From Catajapyx aquilonaris (Eukaryota): a DNA stretch of 63,465 nucleotides. This document shows positions 25,726 through 37,669 of this stretch, one piece after another. A model generated the notes under the pieces. It was not told the origin of the DNA and did not search any database. It worked only from the letters and a program-made list of their open reading frames with translations. Both the position numbers and the translations under genes were made by a program. The stretch is taken from positions 1 through 63,465 of the forward strand of contig JYFJ02002090.1 of assembly GCA_000934665.2 (NCBI GenBank). Direction: 5' to 3'. Positions within the stretch are counted from its first letter, which is position 1. Every line of letters starts with the position of its first letter.

Positions 25726-28700
25726 ATGAAGCTGCTGTCCTACCCGCTGTGGATCTTCATTTACCTGGTGTTCTTCGGCATTGGGGTGTACCTGTACATA
25801 CTGTCCATCCAGTCATGGAGGCAGAACCGCATGAGGCTCCTGCCTGGGAGCAGCCGATGGGGCATGGGAAGTGGGGGGGCCAGCAGCGGGTCTGTTGGAG
25901 GTGGCAGGGCAGGGAAGGGGCAGCCGGCCAGGGGCAGGCTGCACTTTTCTGGCCCGCAGAATGGAGGGGAGTTGGATGAGCTGAACCTGGGGAACTACAG
26001 TGCTGATGTGCCGCTGGACACAGCCAAGAAGATCCTCAGGCACAAGATGCAGGTCATCACTGAGTTCAGAAGAGCCATACTGGACTGGAAAAGTGAGTTG
26101 CATGCCTCATAAACCAAGTGGTTGGCTGCAGCCACGTGTCCCTAAGGTGTTCCAGCAGCCTTCCAGACCAACTACAATGTACCGTACCGGCCCCTCATCC
26201 GACCAAAGAAAGCGTCTGCAAAGGAGGTCCTCTGCGCCATGAAGAACTCTGTGCACCTGCACACCCTGAGCCCCAACGACTGCCCGTTCTTGGAAGAGCA
26301 CCAGCAGGATCTGATGCCAAAAACTGACATCTTCCAGGGACAGTCCTTTAGAACCTGTGCAGTGGTGTCTAGCAGTGGTTCACTCTATAAGTCTGGCTTG
26401 GGAAAGGAAATTGGTGAGTTATCGCAGAATTTACGTTCATGTAGGCTGTGCATTGATCTTGCGTGTTTCTGCTTTGTGGTAGTGAGAATAACTGACACTT
26501 GTAAGAACAGCACATGCTCAGTGGGAATACTTACTCAACCAATGCAGCCCAACCATTACCCAAATATATTTTCAGACCATTTTGGACTAGCCCAGAGGCT
26601 GGAGTGTGTGATTGATTGTAGAATAAGTAGCTGAACCTTGCTATTCATTATTGTTACAATGGCTTTAATAATTTGTAGCAATGATAAATTGCTCACTGTT
26701 TACCATTAATCACACTGCAGCCTAAGATGGTGAGGGTTATTAACTTAATAAGCAAAGAGCTTCAAGATGTCATTTATTCAAATCTGACAGTAACCTCTGA
26801 TTTGGTTCTTCTGATTACTCGTTGCAGTCCTGTAACAGAAATGAATTTTATATGAAGTTATTGCATATTAACGTTTGTAAACTTATGGCAGTGAAACCAA
26901 TCTGTATGTAATGCATCCTGAATACAGAGGGAACTCGTCAGTTACGGAACTTATGTTTGATCCTGCCATTAGATTTTCACTGCATTTGTCGCATTGAATT
27001 TGAATGCAGAACCGTTTTGTGGAATAAATAGATTTCACTGTATTATTGAAGCTCACATTAGCTATCAGGCGATTCATGCAGTCCACTACAAAGTGTGCCT
27101 TGCTGCACTCGGGAAAATCATAGGTGTCTTCAGACCTTTTTCCTGTAAGAGAGTTTATTTTTGTGATTTATGGTGTTACCATTCACAGGATCAAGAAGGA
27201 AAATAATTTCCTCACCACTAGCCACACATTGCTCTGCCAATGAAGTCAAAAATATACCAGATTCAGAATTCACTTCTGTAAAGACTTTGTTCATGAAATC
27301 TTGTGGTTCAATCCAACCGTCATTGACATCCTGAAATATTGCAATGGGTGAAATAAAACAACGAGATGTTATGAGCATTGGCGTTTGTCACTTACCACAT
27401 TCAGTGCTTCAAGAATGCAGTTATTGCGACACTGGTAAATGTAAAATCATTTGATAAGGAAATGTACCAAATGAACCTTGTTGTTGCATGAATGGGAGAG
27501 TTAACTTACATGATTTGAAACCTGATCTCGTCGACATTGTTCTTCAGCAATCTGTGATTCTTCTGTTTGCGGTGGTAATCTGCATTTTTCCTCTATCTAA
27601 AATTATTTTATTTCACACAAATGATATTTCCCTATGAAACAGACAGACAGCAATGCAAGAGACCCCAGTCAATTGATGAAGTATGCTTACAAATGTGGCA
27701 CACATAAATAAGCAATGTTCAGTGTGATACTGTACTTAAGTATGTAAAACAAAAACAATTTGGCAAAAGCCTAAAATAATTGTAGCATGATGTTAGCCTG
27801 TCACCAGATATATTGTCTGAAATTGCTTGTAACGTTAATGCTACGTATCTTAAATAATACTTTAGCAAAAAAGAATAAAAAATTAATGATAGTTGGGGAA
27901 TACTTGCCTGCTCAGCTACAGTTAAGGCCAATATGGCCACGAAGGCAAGAAGTACTTTCATTGCCATGGAATTGCATCATGTAGCAGGGGGACACTTGTT
28001 TTATACCAGGTGCATTTTTATTTTTTTTTGGTATTGAGTTCCTGCCGCATGTACCAGGAAGTGGTAGTGACTGTTGCAGAAGATACAGAGTGTCACTCAG
28101 GACACAAGTGACTTTTGACGAGATTGAAGTGCTAATGTGTGAGGTACTGTAGATTGAATGCATAACACATACATCCGTTATGCATGCAAGGAAAGATAAT
28201 GATAGCTTGTTTTGCCAAATGTTAATCAGAAAGTGGTGCATAAACAATGACAATCACCACCACCACCACCATCACTACTTATTTTCACTTATGATAACGC
28301 TCTCCCTTGGTTGTAGATGCCCATGAAGTGGTGGTCCGTTTCAACGATGCCCCTACAGAGGGTTATGTGGAGGATGTGGGCAATAAGACAACTCTTCGCA
28401 TTGTGAACTCACAGGTGGTTTCACTTCCTGAGTTTAACTTCCTTGAGTCTCCGCTCTGGCAAGATGTGGCCCTCCTAGCTTGGGATCCAAATGTTTATGA
28501 TGGAACCATGAAAGAGGTAGTCTCCATTCGTTGAAGTGTGTTTGTATGGGCAAGGAACATTGGTCTGCTATCTTGTCACAGTGGTTCCAACGCCCTGACT
28601 TCGACTTGTTCACCCCATACTTTGAGCGCAGGAGCAAGGAGCCTGAGCAGCCCTTCCACCTGCTCCACCCCAATTCTCTTTGGACACTGTGGGACTTTCT

Positions 28701-29087
28701 GCAGGCCTACACACCTGCCAGGATATTGGGCAACCCACCCTCCTCAGGATTCCTAGGTGAGAGGGAAATGCTGGCTGTTCATACCAACTAACTGGGTCTA
28801 TTTATGAATATTTCCAGTAAGTCAGTGTTCTCTGTTGTCTTCCAGGCATGGCTCTGATGCTACAGCATTGCAGAAAGGTGGATATGTACGAGTTCATCCC
28901 CTCCCTTCGCTTGAGCCCAGTGTGCCACTACTACAGCGAGCAGGAAGATTCAGGATGCACCTTTGGCCATTGGCATCCTCTAGCTGCTGAGAAACTCTTG
29001 GCTCTGTCTCTCAATGCAGCGTCTGACTACGAGGTATTTGTGCAGGGCGTGCTACACATGTCAGGATTAAACTCCATCTCTTGTTGA
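25726..29087 (+). CDS. SiaT: Beta-galactoside alpha-2,6-sialyltransferase (ST6Gal/SiaT, GT29), ~413 aa, 5 coding exons
   Basis: Exons 25726-26092, 26156-26413 (acceptor could be 26147 or 26159), 28317-28516, 28582-28756, 28846-29087. N-terminal TM anchor; sialylmotif L CAVVSSSGSL...IDAHEVVVRFNDAPT...DVGNKTTLR, S PPSSGFLGMALMLQHC, III CHYY, VS WHPLAAEK. Confidence 0.92.
26815..27961 (-). CDS. Secreted 8-Cys OBP-like protein, copy A (~130 aa), nested antisense in SiaT intron 2
   Basis: Exons 27961-27908 (GC donor; alternative ATG at 27967), 27596-27510, 27431-27396, 27330-27216, 27142-27057, 26829-26815. MKVLLAFVAILALTVAEQ IEEKCRLPPQTEESQIAEEQCRRDQVSNH CRNNCILEALNV DVNDGWIEPQDFMNKVFTEVNSESGIFLTSLAEQCVAS GKRSEDTYDFPECSKAHFVVDCMNRLIAN DCNE*. 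TATAAAA 28005-27999; AATAAA 26778-26773. Confidence 0.82.
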
Positions 29088-30210
29088 CTTGAAATGCTCT
29101 TCCCTAGTTTACACATTTACGAAGCTCATTCCAATACACATCACTCTTAAGTCTTAATACACTAGCAACACCCATTCCTGGGAGTTGTTTAGCAAATGAC
29201 ATAGGAATTTTGTTACCAGGAGTTGTTGTTAGGAGGTGGTTTTTTAATTGACTATGAATTTATGCAGTTATTATTGTGGAAATAAATGATGCAAGTTGGA
29301 AGATCCTTTTTGAGACTCAAAATGTGTGCTGTTTTTTTTGCATTCAATTTTCCTCACAACCACCAGCAATTTCATTTCATGTAGAATTACTGTAGTATTG
29401 CAGTGTAGGATTATGGTAGAACTAAGAAAACCCTCGCTCTGCTCGTATTTCCCAAGCCTAGTGGTAGAATGTTAATTATTTTCTTTACAAGAAAACATTT
29501 ACTTTTTTGATTTTTATAATTATGCATTTTATTGTTGGCTGATGAGAATATTGCTCGATTTTTATTTATGTTGTTTGCATGGTTTTTTTTATAGTTATCA
29601 TTGGCTGGCCTAGAAGAATGACAGAGCTTCACTTTTTACTGCTGATCTGAATCCATGGCAGAAGTCAGGTGTGACGGGAACTTTTGCCAGGCAAGCTGGC
29701 AGCCTCAGTTGTTGATGATACCCAACTGGTAAGTAAGGTTTGCCTTAAGCTGGGTGCACACCAGCTACACTGGGTATGGACTTTCCGTTCTGTTTGTTTT
29801 GTAATCTCCCAAATCTTGATTAAACGTTCAGATGGTACTTCACTCTCATTTTGGAAGGATTGTATCGTGTGTGCCTGGCGTAGCTGATGTGCACCGAGCA
29901 TGAGTCATTGAGCCATTACAGCATGAGACAGGATTTTTCATTCTTCTGCTAAGTGCCTTGCATATTTAATTTTACATTATTAATGCTCATGCAATACATG
30001 ACATGAAAAGGTAATACTAAGAAATTGTCTCAAAACAGATAAATGAAGTGTTTTGAACTCACGGTCAGTAACTATGCCTTTGCAGCATTTCTTTATTTAG
30101 TAATTTTAAAGTAACTTGGGAACATGTACTGTCAACTTATGTTACTCCACCAAAGCCAGACTTGAATAGTGGGAGGCCAAAAACTTTAAAGTTGAGTTGT
30201 GTTTTCTGTC

Positions 30211-31081
30211 CTACTTTCTTCTCTTTGCAAATTCATTTTCTATTTCTTCAGCAAAGTCATCACATTCCTAGAGAAAATATCATAATTATGCTCAGTTAGA
30301 AACAATTAAGGCTTAATACTTTTGTATGGTGGTCCAGTAGTGTTGCCACTGGCCAGTCAAGCAGGCATTATTACTTTGTACTTACATCTGGCAGCAGCGT
30401 AACAATGCAGCCAATGACGTAGTTGATTTTATCACAGTCATTGTGATCAGCCTGTTGTTGAATTTCTTTTCCTGTCATTACCAAAGGATAATGTATAAAT
30501 GCTACTGTGAACATGGGAATAAGCAATAAACAATAAGAGAATATTCTCACCACTCTCAACACAATACTCTGCAAAACTACCAAACATGTCATTTGCATCT
30601 TCATAATCTTCCACACTATCCACAGGAAATATTATGTCCACTGCATTTTGCGATAATATCCATCCATCATCAGTAAGCTAAATGTTTTAAAAAACAGTAG
30701 CTGTAGTAGACGTAATGAATCACTTAAGTAAATCACTTGTGCAGCACATACTATGTTTAATTCTTCAGCGATGCATCTTCCTATGCACTGAGGTTAAAAG
30801 AAAAGCATTGCAATAATTCATAATGAAAGGAACATCTGTGAATATTTAAAAATACTTCAACCTCTGCTGGATACACATCAGCACATTTTTGCATTGCATT
30901 TTCCAGTTCTGGGGAAGGCTCAGAAGGTAGTTTGCAGTATTCTGGCTGAAAGTTTTTTTTGTACATGAGTAATTTGTCAGTTAATACTGTACATGTAAGC
31001 TATTGATAAAATGCTATGGGTACTGACCTGTACTGCAGCAGTAGAAGCCAAGAGTGTCAGGAGAGCAAAGATGATTGCCAT
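30211..31081 (-). CDS. Secreted 8-Cys OBP-like protein, copy B (~149 aa)
   Basis: Exons 31081-31028 (alternative ATG 31090), 30945-30856, 30787-30752, 30677-30551, 30471-30386, 30267-30211. MAIIFALLTLLASTAAVQ PEYCKLPSEPSPELENAMQKCADVYPAEVE CIGRCIAEELNI LTDDGWILSQNAVDIIFPVDSVEDYEDANDMFGSFAEYCVES GKEIQQQADHNDCDKINYVIGCIVTLLPD ECDDFAEEIENEFAKRRK*. TATAAAA 31138-31132. Confidence 0.85.
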
Positions 31082-32558
31082 GGCTTTCATCCAGTATTAC
31101 ACAGGATGCCTAAAGAGGTGCCATTCAGTAATTTTATACCCAGAATTAATCAAAATGTGGCAGGAAGTTTCCTACTGATAGTTGTTCATGGGGACAAACA
31201 ATATCACGTAGAGTAAGTTCAAGGCTGAAAAAATCATGCTGATTTGGTTTTGCAATATTATCACAAAAGGTCAAATTTTGAATCCGGTACAGTATCACAT
31301 TTTCAGCCTGCTCTCATTAACGTGCTGCAGGGATATGGTTTTATCTTGCCTTGTCCTTTTACTGTGGTTCACTGCCTGATTAACTGGTTTAAAAAATTCC
31401 AACGCAATGTTAACTATTCTACTTGCTACAACAAGGGTCAAAATGAAACATGGGATGCTTTCTCTATGGTGTCCCAGATGATGATTCAGGAGATTTCTGG
31501 AAGTCAGTTATTTTCAGCAGAATTTGTCTTGCTCACAGAAGTTTTTTTTTCCTGCATTAAGTAGCTCAAAGGACCAGTGTAACAACATTAATTTTTTGTG
31601 ACTTTGAAGAAAATACAGGCATACACAGAGCAAAGATGTCAAAGCAGGCACAGGCCACATAAGGATGTATATTTTTGGTGTAGATTTGGGTGATGGGAGA
31701 CATGCATGACTCAAATATGTAGCTACATGGTAGAGAATGGTTCCCATAAGTTTACGAGAGAGTACCCTGCTGTATTATTCTTCCCAGCTGAGACAAGGTA
31801 GCAAAGGTGTGCTATTGGATGCAGAGGCTTCTTTACATGAATAAGGCAGGTATCATGTTATATTTTGGGCTAATTTGAGGAGGGGTAATTATTTAAAAAC
31901 CTGCTGGCATGTTATTATCCACATGGAAGGTACAAATCCGTATTCAAATCTCAATGCCATGTGTGCACTTTGTGTGTGTATTCAAATTCTTACTAATGAA
32001 GTAATGTCTCCTCATTTTTAAAATTTTGAAATGGGTATGAATTGGTATGAATGAAACCAAAGCATGTTGCTTTGTTGAACTATCCATTTTATTGCTGCAC
32101 AACTCTTTTGCAATGCAATTGGAGTTGACATATTTCTGTGATTATTCAACACGTCTCAGTGTGTCATGACAGAACTCCACAGCTTCAAAACTGAGGCACC
32201 TCTTAACTTCGAGATCTGATAATTTCAGGACAGGCTGGGTTAACAGCTGACTAACCAATAGTATTCATAAGAAAGAATGTCTTTTCTTAAGGTTACATGG
32301 GCAACTAACAATAATAGGTAGAATATGCATCATGCAAAATTAGTAACATTTTGACCAGATTCCCAAAATAATTAGTAATGCATAGTAATGCTGTGCCATT
32401 GAATCATAGTTTTCACTACCATTGATGATGATAGTAGTAGTAGTAGTAGTAGATAGTAGTAGTGAAAAGTATGGTGAGTCTTTATTTCATTGAAGAAGCT
32501 ACTTTTGAAGCCATGTGTGTATGGGGAAGGTTAGTAGTTATCTTTTAGTTTAGTCTGA

Positions 32559-33382
32559 TTACTTCTTCCTCTTTTGGAGCTCCTCCTCTGCAGAGTCATC
32601 AAAATCACTACATTCCTGAAATGAAAAATTGTTAGGTGAACTCTCAGTTACCATTAGGTGCATATCATACCTCTGGAAGAAGCAGAGCAATACATCCCAT
32701 CACATAGTTAACCCTGTCACAGTCGCCAAAGTTAAGTACCTCATCAATTTCCCTTCCTGCAAGTTAATTGAACTTGTGAGTTAGTAATGCATTGTAACAG
32801 CCTTGTAATTCTCATGGAAGTAAGTGAAGCTATTTAGCAACTGTTCTCACCTTTCTCAACGCATAGCTCTGCAAGTGCAGTGAAATATCCCTTGGACACT
32901 TCATATTCTTCTCCAACAAAGATGGTATCCATGAGGGCACTGGGTACTATCCAGCCATCGGCATCAGTCTGGAGAAAAATTTCTATGTGATTAAGTGGAG
33001 GCAAATTAATTTAGAGGTGGTATTTCATTTACCACATCCAATTCTTTTGTCAGGCAGTGTCCAAAACACTAGTTGAGGAAATAAAGAAAAAATATAAGGC
33101 ATTTAAAAAGATTATGCATCACTTATTTAATTTTTGCTTTAAATGATGAATACATCACCGACCTCCTCTGGAACTCCGGGTTCTGCGCAAGTGTCTGCAG
33201 CCTGCTCCACCTCTTGTGTATCGTCGGGCAATTTGCAGTACTCAGGCTGGAATTTTTTTAAACAATGTTAAGGTTCAATTGGATAAGCAGAATTAATAAA
33301 AAAATCTATGACTATGTATAGGAATTCGCAATACTTTCTCTCAATATTTTCTCTTGATTTGAGTTAACACAACTGCACTGAA

Positions 33383-33456
<74 letters not shown>

Positions 33457-33923
33457 CCTGGTTAGTGCTTTCACCCCTCTTGGGGTATATCGCATGGACC
33501 TTTATTGTACCATTATTTTGTACATTGTGCAGTGGAACCTTTGTTTTGAAACGCCCGGGCCCTCGGGCAGGATGACAGGCGGGAATGTGCAAGGTGCAGT
33601 GCAATGTCGTTGCTGTGGTCATTTTGTGAACTCCCCCGGGTGGATTGTCTTAATGGAGATACCACCCGAGACGTAGCCTGAGATGATCCCAAACTCTGCA
33701 CGAGATGAAGGGGGTAACCCTGGGCTGGGATCGAACCCATGCCCTTAACGTCCGTGGGTGCATACGTTACTGCAGCGCCACTCCGTCCCCATTCAATGAA
33801 TTAATTAGGTATTTTGTTGGGAGAAAAATAACTTAGCAAATATTATGTATGATCCAGACTCATACTGACCTGCTGTGCTGCAGCAAGGGCCAAAATTGCA
33901 AAGAAAATGAATGTGACTGCCAT
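32559..33923 (-). CDS. Secreted 8-Cys OBP-like protein, copy C (~144 aa)
   Basis: Exons 33923-33870, 33246-33163, 33068-33033, 32968-32851, 32756-32671, 32615-32559. MAVTFIFFAILALAAAQQ PEYCKLPDDTQEVEQAADTCAEPGVPEE CFGHCLTKELDV TDADGWIVPSALMDTIFVGEEYEVSKGYFTALAELCVEK GREIDEVLNFGDCDRVNYVMGCIALLLPE ECSDFDDSAEEELQKRKK*. TATAAAA 33979-33973. Confidence 0.87.
33380..33790 (-). mobile_element. tRNA-derived SINE (family 1) with (TAT)n/(TTTA)n tail in intron 1 of copy C
   Basis: Minus head GGGGACGGAGTGGCGCTGCAGT...GGTTCGATCCC; body closely matches the copy at ~63035-63404; simple-repeat tail 33380-33456. Confidence 0.82.
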
Positions 33924-35980
33924 CTCAGAGCTTGTTATTGGAATGAACTGTAGGATGACCACTCACAGTTTCTTTTATATTTGCACAAATATTATCACAT
34001 CCACTCATACTGCTAAATTTTTTTGTTACAAATTGTGATATGTACAGAGTAATATCATAACTATCACCTAGGCCAGGCTGTTTTATTTATCGTGTTTGAC
34101 GGGGGATAAATCCTGACATATCAACCAGGAAGTTGGTAAATTATTTAGAGTTTAAAAAATATTCTTCCAATGATTGCAGAAGGCTGAAAAGTTCACCTTC
34201 ACCTCCTTTTCCCCATACACCCACCTTCCAGAGACCCACCATACACCCCCCTTCCTGTCCCTGTTATTGTTGTTTTATGAGTGTTGCCCATTACTTTCTG
34301 TGCATTGATTATTATGCATTCGTTTTCTCATTTGCTTGCAAGACAGTTCAGGTCTATAATAGCTGACCTGTGTATTGTCAAGGTCATCTCATATCATGAC
34401 TTGTGATCAGGCTCCTGGGGGATACACAATGGATTCGTGGCACACAGCCTTCAGTCGGGAGGTGGATTAGGTCTGCAGCTGCCTTTGTATGACCCATTCT
34501 CTGTCTCAAGTACTGTGGTCAGAGGAAGAAGAGATACAGTCAGCCATAGCTTCATCTACTGGCAGCGTCACTCAAGCCAGGAGGTCTTTGCTAGGTAGGT
34601 GATAGACCAATACATTTCGTGCTGTTAGTTGTTGATAGGGACAAATAATATCACGTAGAGTAAGTGCAAGGCTTAAAATATCACACTGATTTGGTTTTGC
34701 GTTAGCAATATATTCACAACAGGTCACATTTTGAAACTGGTACAGTATCACATTTTCAGCCTGCTCTCATTAACATGCTGCAGGGACAGTGTTTTATCTC
34801 ACCGTGTCCTTTTTCTGTGGTTCACTGCTTGAGTAAATGGTTTTAAAAAATAATTCCAATGCAATGTTAACTACACTGCTTGCTACAACAAGGGTCAAAA
34901 TGAAACATGGAATATGCTTTTTGCATGGTGTTCCAGATGTCCATTTGAGAGATTTCTGGAAGTCATTTATTTTCAGCAGAATTTGTCTTGCTGTTTTTTT
35001 TCTGCATTAAGACAATCTCAGAGGTCAGAGCCATCCGTTAAATATCTGGAAATGACTCGTGTAACAATGCATATTTATTGTGACTTTGAGGAAAGCGCAG
35101 ATATACACCGAACAAAGCTTTCAAAGCAGGCACAGATCACATAAGGATGTATATTTTTGGTGTAGATTTTGGTGACTGAGGCATTGGTGACTCAAATAAA
35201 TATATACATGGTAGAGAATGGTTCCCATAAGTTTAGGAGTACCCTAATTTATTATTCTTCCCAACTGAGGCAGGGTAGCAAAGGTATAAGGCAGATAATT
35301 ATCATGTTATGTATTTTGCTAATTTTAGGAGGGGCAATTATTTAAAACAGCTGGCATGGTAGTATTCGCAGTGAAGGGATGAGACCATGTTCAAATCTCA
35401 ATACCATATGTATGCACTTTGCATTTCGAAGTCTTACTCAAGTAATGAAGTCATGTCTCCTCATTTTTAATTTTGAAATAGGTTAAGAGGTTAAGAGATA
35501 ATAAAAATTAAAGCCAAACATGTTGCTTTATTGAACTCTACATTTTATTGCTACACAATTCTTTTGCTTGGGTCACAATTATGCTAACATTCAACATATG
35601 TCTCAGTGTGTCATGACCAAACTCCACAGAACTGAGGCACCTCTGAACTTTGAGATCTGATCATTTTCAGAACATGCAGGGTTAACAGCTGACTAACCAA
35701 CAGTACACATAGTAAAGAAAGAATGGCTTTTCTGACGGTTACATGGGCAACTTACAATAACATACATCAGGCAAAATTTCGTGAATTTTGGCCAGATTCC
35801 CAAAATAATGTGTAATTTTATGAATGGGGAGTGCTATGCCATTGAATCATACTTTTAACTAACATTTATGATGATAGTACCGGAGTGAAAAGTATGAGGC
35901 TTCATTTCATTGCAGAAGCTAATTTTGAAGCCATGGACAAATGGTGAAAGTTAGTTATCCGATCTTTTTGTTTAGTCTGA

Positions 35981-36846
35981 TTACTTCTTCCTCTTTTGGA
36001 GCTCCTCCTCTGCAGAGTCAGCAAAATCGCTACATTCCTGAAATGAAAAATGGTTAGTTGAACTCTTGGTTACCATTAGGTGCATATTATCATACCTCTG
36101 GAAGAAGCAGCGCAATACATCCTATCAAGTAGTTAATCTTGTCACAGTCGTCAAAGTTAAGTACCTCATCAATTTCCCTTCCTGCAAGTTAATTGAACTT
36201 GTGAGTTAGTAATGCATAACAGCCTTGTAATTCTCATGAAAATAAGTGAAGGTATTTAGCAACTGTTCTCACCTTTCTCTATGCATTGCTCTGTAAGTGC
36301 ATTGAAATATCCATTGGACGCTTCATATTCTTCTCCAACAAAGAAGGTATCCACGAGGGCACTGGGTACTATCCAGCCATCGGCATCAGTCTGGAGAAAA
36401 TATTACATGTGATTAATTTGAGGCAAATTAATTTATAGACAGTCGTTGCACTTACCAGATCTAATTCTTCAGTCATGCAGTGTCCGAGGCACTAGTTGAG
36501 GAAAGAAAAAAAGACAAGGGATTTAAAAAGATTAACGCATAATTTATTTAATTTTTGCTTTAAATGATGAATACATCACCAACCTCCTCTGGAACTCCGG
36601 ATTCTGTGCAAGTTTCTGCAGCCTGCTCCACCTCTTGTGGTACATCTTCAGGAAATTTGCAGTACTCTGGCTGGAGATTTTTAAAACAATTATTAAGGTT
36701 CAATTGGATGAATGGAATTTAATTAAATAGTCTGCGATTATGTATAGGAATTCACAATACGTAATCAGATCTTTGAAATGAAAAATTATGGATTGCTAGG
36801 TATGCTTGCAATGAATTAATTAGTTATTTGGGTGTGTGTGTGTGTG

Positions 36847-36896
<50 letters not shown>

Positions 36897-36987
36897 AACT
36901 TAGCAAATGTGTATGACCCAGACTCATACTGACCTGCTGTGCTGCAGCAAGGGCCAAAATTGCAAAGAAAATGAAGGTGACTGCCAT
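35981..36987 (-). CDS. Secreted 8-Cys OBP-like protein, copy D (~145 aa)
   Basis: Exons 36987-36934, 36670-36584, 36491-36456, 36390-36273, 36181-36096, 36037-35981. MAVTFIFFAILALAAAQQ PEYCKFPEDVPQEVEQAAETCTESGVPEE CLGHCMTEELDL TDADGWIVPSALVDTFFVGEEYEASNGYFNALTEQCIEK GREIDEVLNFDDCDKINYLIGCIALLLPE ECSDFADSAEEELQKRKK*. TATAAAA 37043-37037. Confidence 0.87.
36833..36892 (+). repeat. (TG)n(GA)n microsatellite in intron 1 of copy D
   Basis: About 22 GA units preceded by TG units; absent from the paralogous intron of copy C. Confidence 0.9.
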
Positions 36988-37669
36988 CTCTGAGCTTATT
37001 ATTGGAATGAACTGTAGGATGACCACCCTCAGTTTCTTTTATATTTGCAAAAATATTATCACATACACCCATGCCTCTACATTTTTTGTTACAAATTGTG
37101 ATGTGGTTAGTAATATCATGACTATCACCTATGCCAGGCCTATTTATTTATCTGGTTTGACGGGATGAATCCTGACATATCAACCAGGAAGTAGGTAAAT
37201 TATTTATAGTTTTAAAAATCTTCTTCCCTCTTGTTTTAATGGGATTGTGTGGGAGAGAAAGAAAACTACAAAAAAAAAATGGTTTGCACAGTTTTGGCAT
37301 GAAAAATGTACAACGTGTGCACTGCCCAAGTCCACAATTAAGAAGAATGTAGGGGAAGAAATTATTGAGTGTTTACCTCAGTAAGCAGTTGAAAGAGATG
37401 CAAAAGACAGCCTAATTTATTGAGGTGCATTTTACTTTGTCTCGGCGATTTTATTTCATGTAATAGTGACTGGAACAAACCAAACCAGCCCTACACAACA
37501 GTGGCGTCGCTAGGCAGGTGCGGGGGGTGCGGACCGCACCGGGTGCCACCCTCAAAGGGGGTGACACCCAAGTGATGTGTGAAATTTTTTTGGAACCCTT
37601 GAGAGAATGTATGCTTTCTTTGCGGCTTCCACACATCGATGGAAACTACGGAAATAATTTAAAGGTGTA

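Larger units (their letters stand above)
31170..37227. repeat. Direct segmental duplication: ~31170-34168 and ~34618-37227
   Basis: Colinear similarity across intergenic, intron and exon sequence (e.g. GGGACAAAcAATATCACGTAGAGTAAG at ~31190 and ~34638; CAACCAGGAAGT...TTCTTCC at both right ends). Confidence 0.9.
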
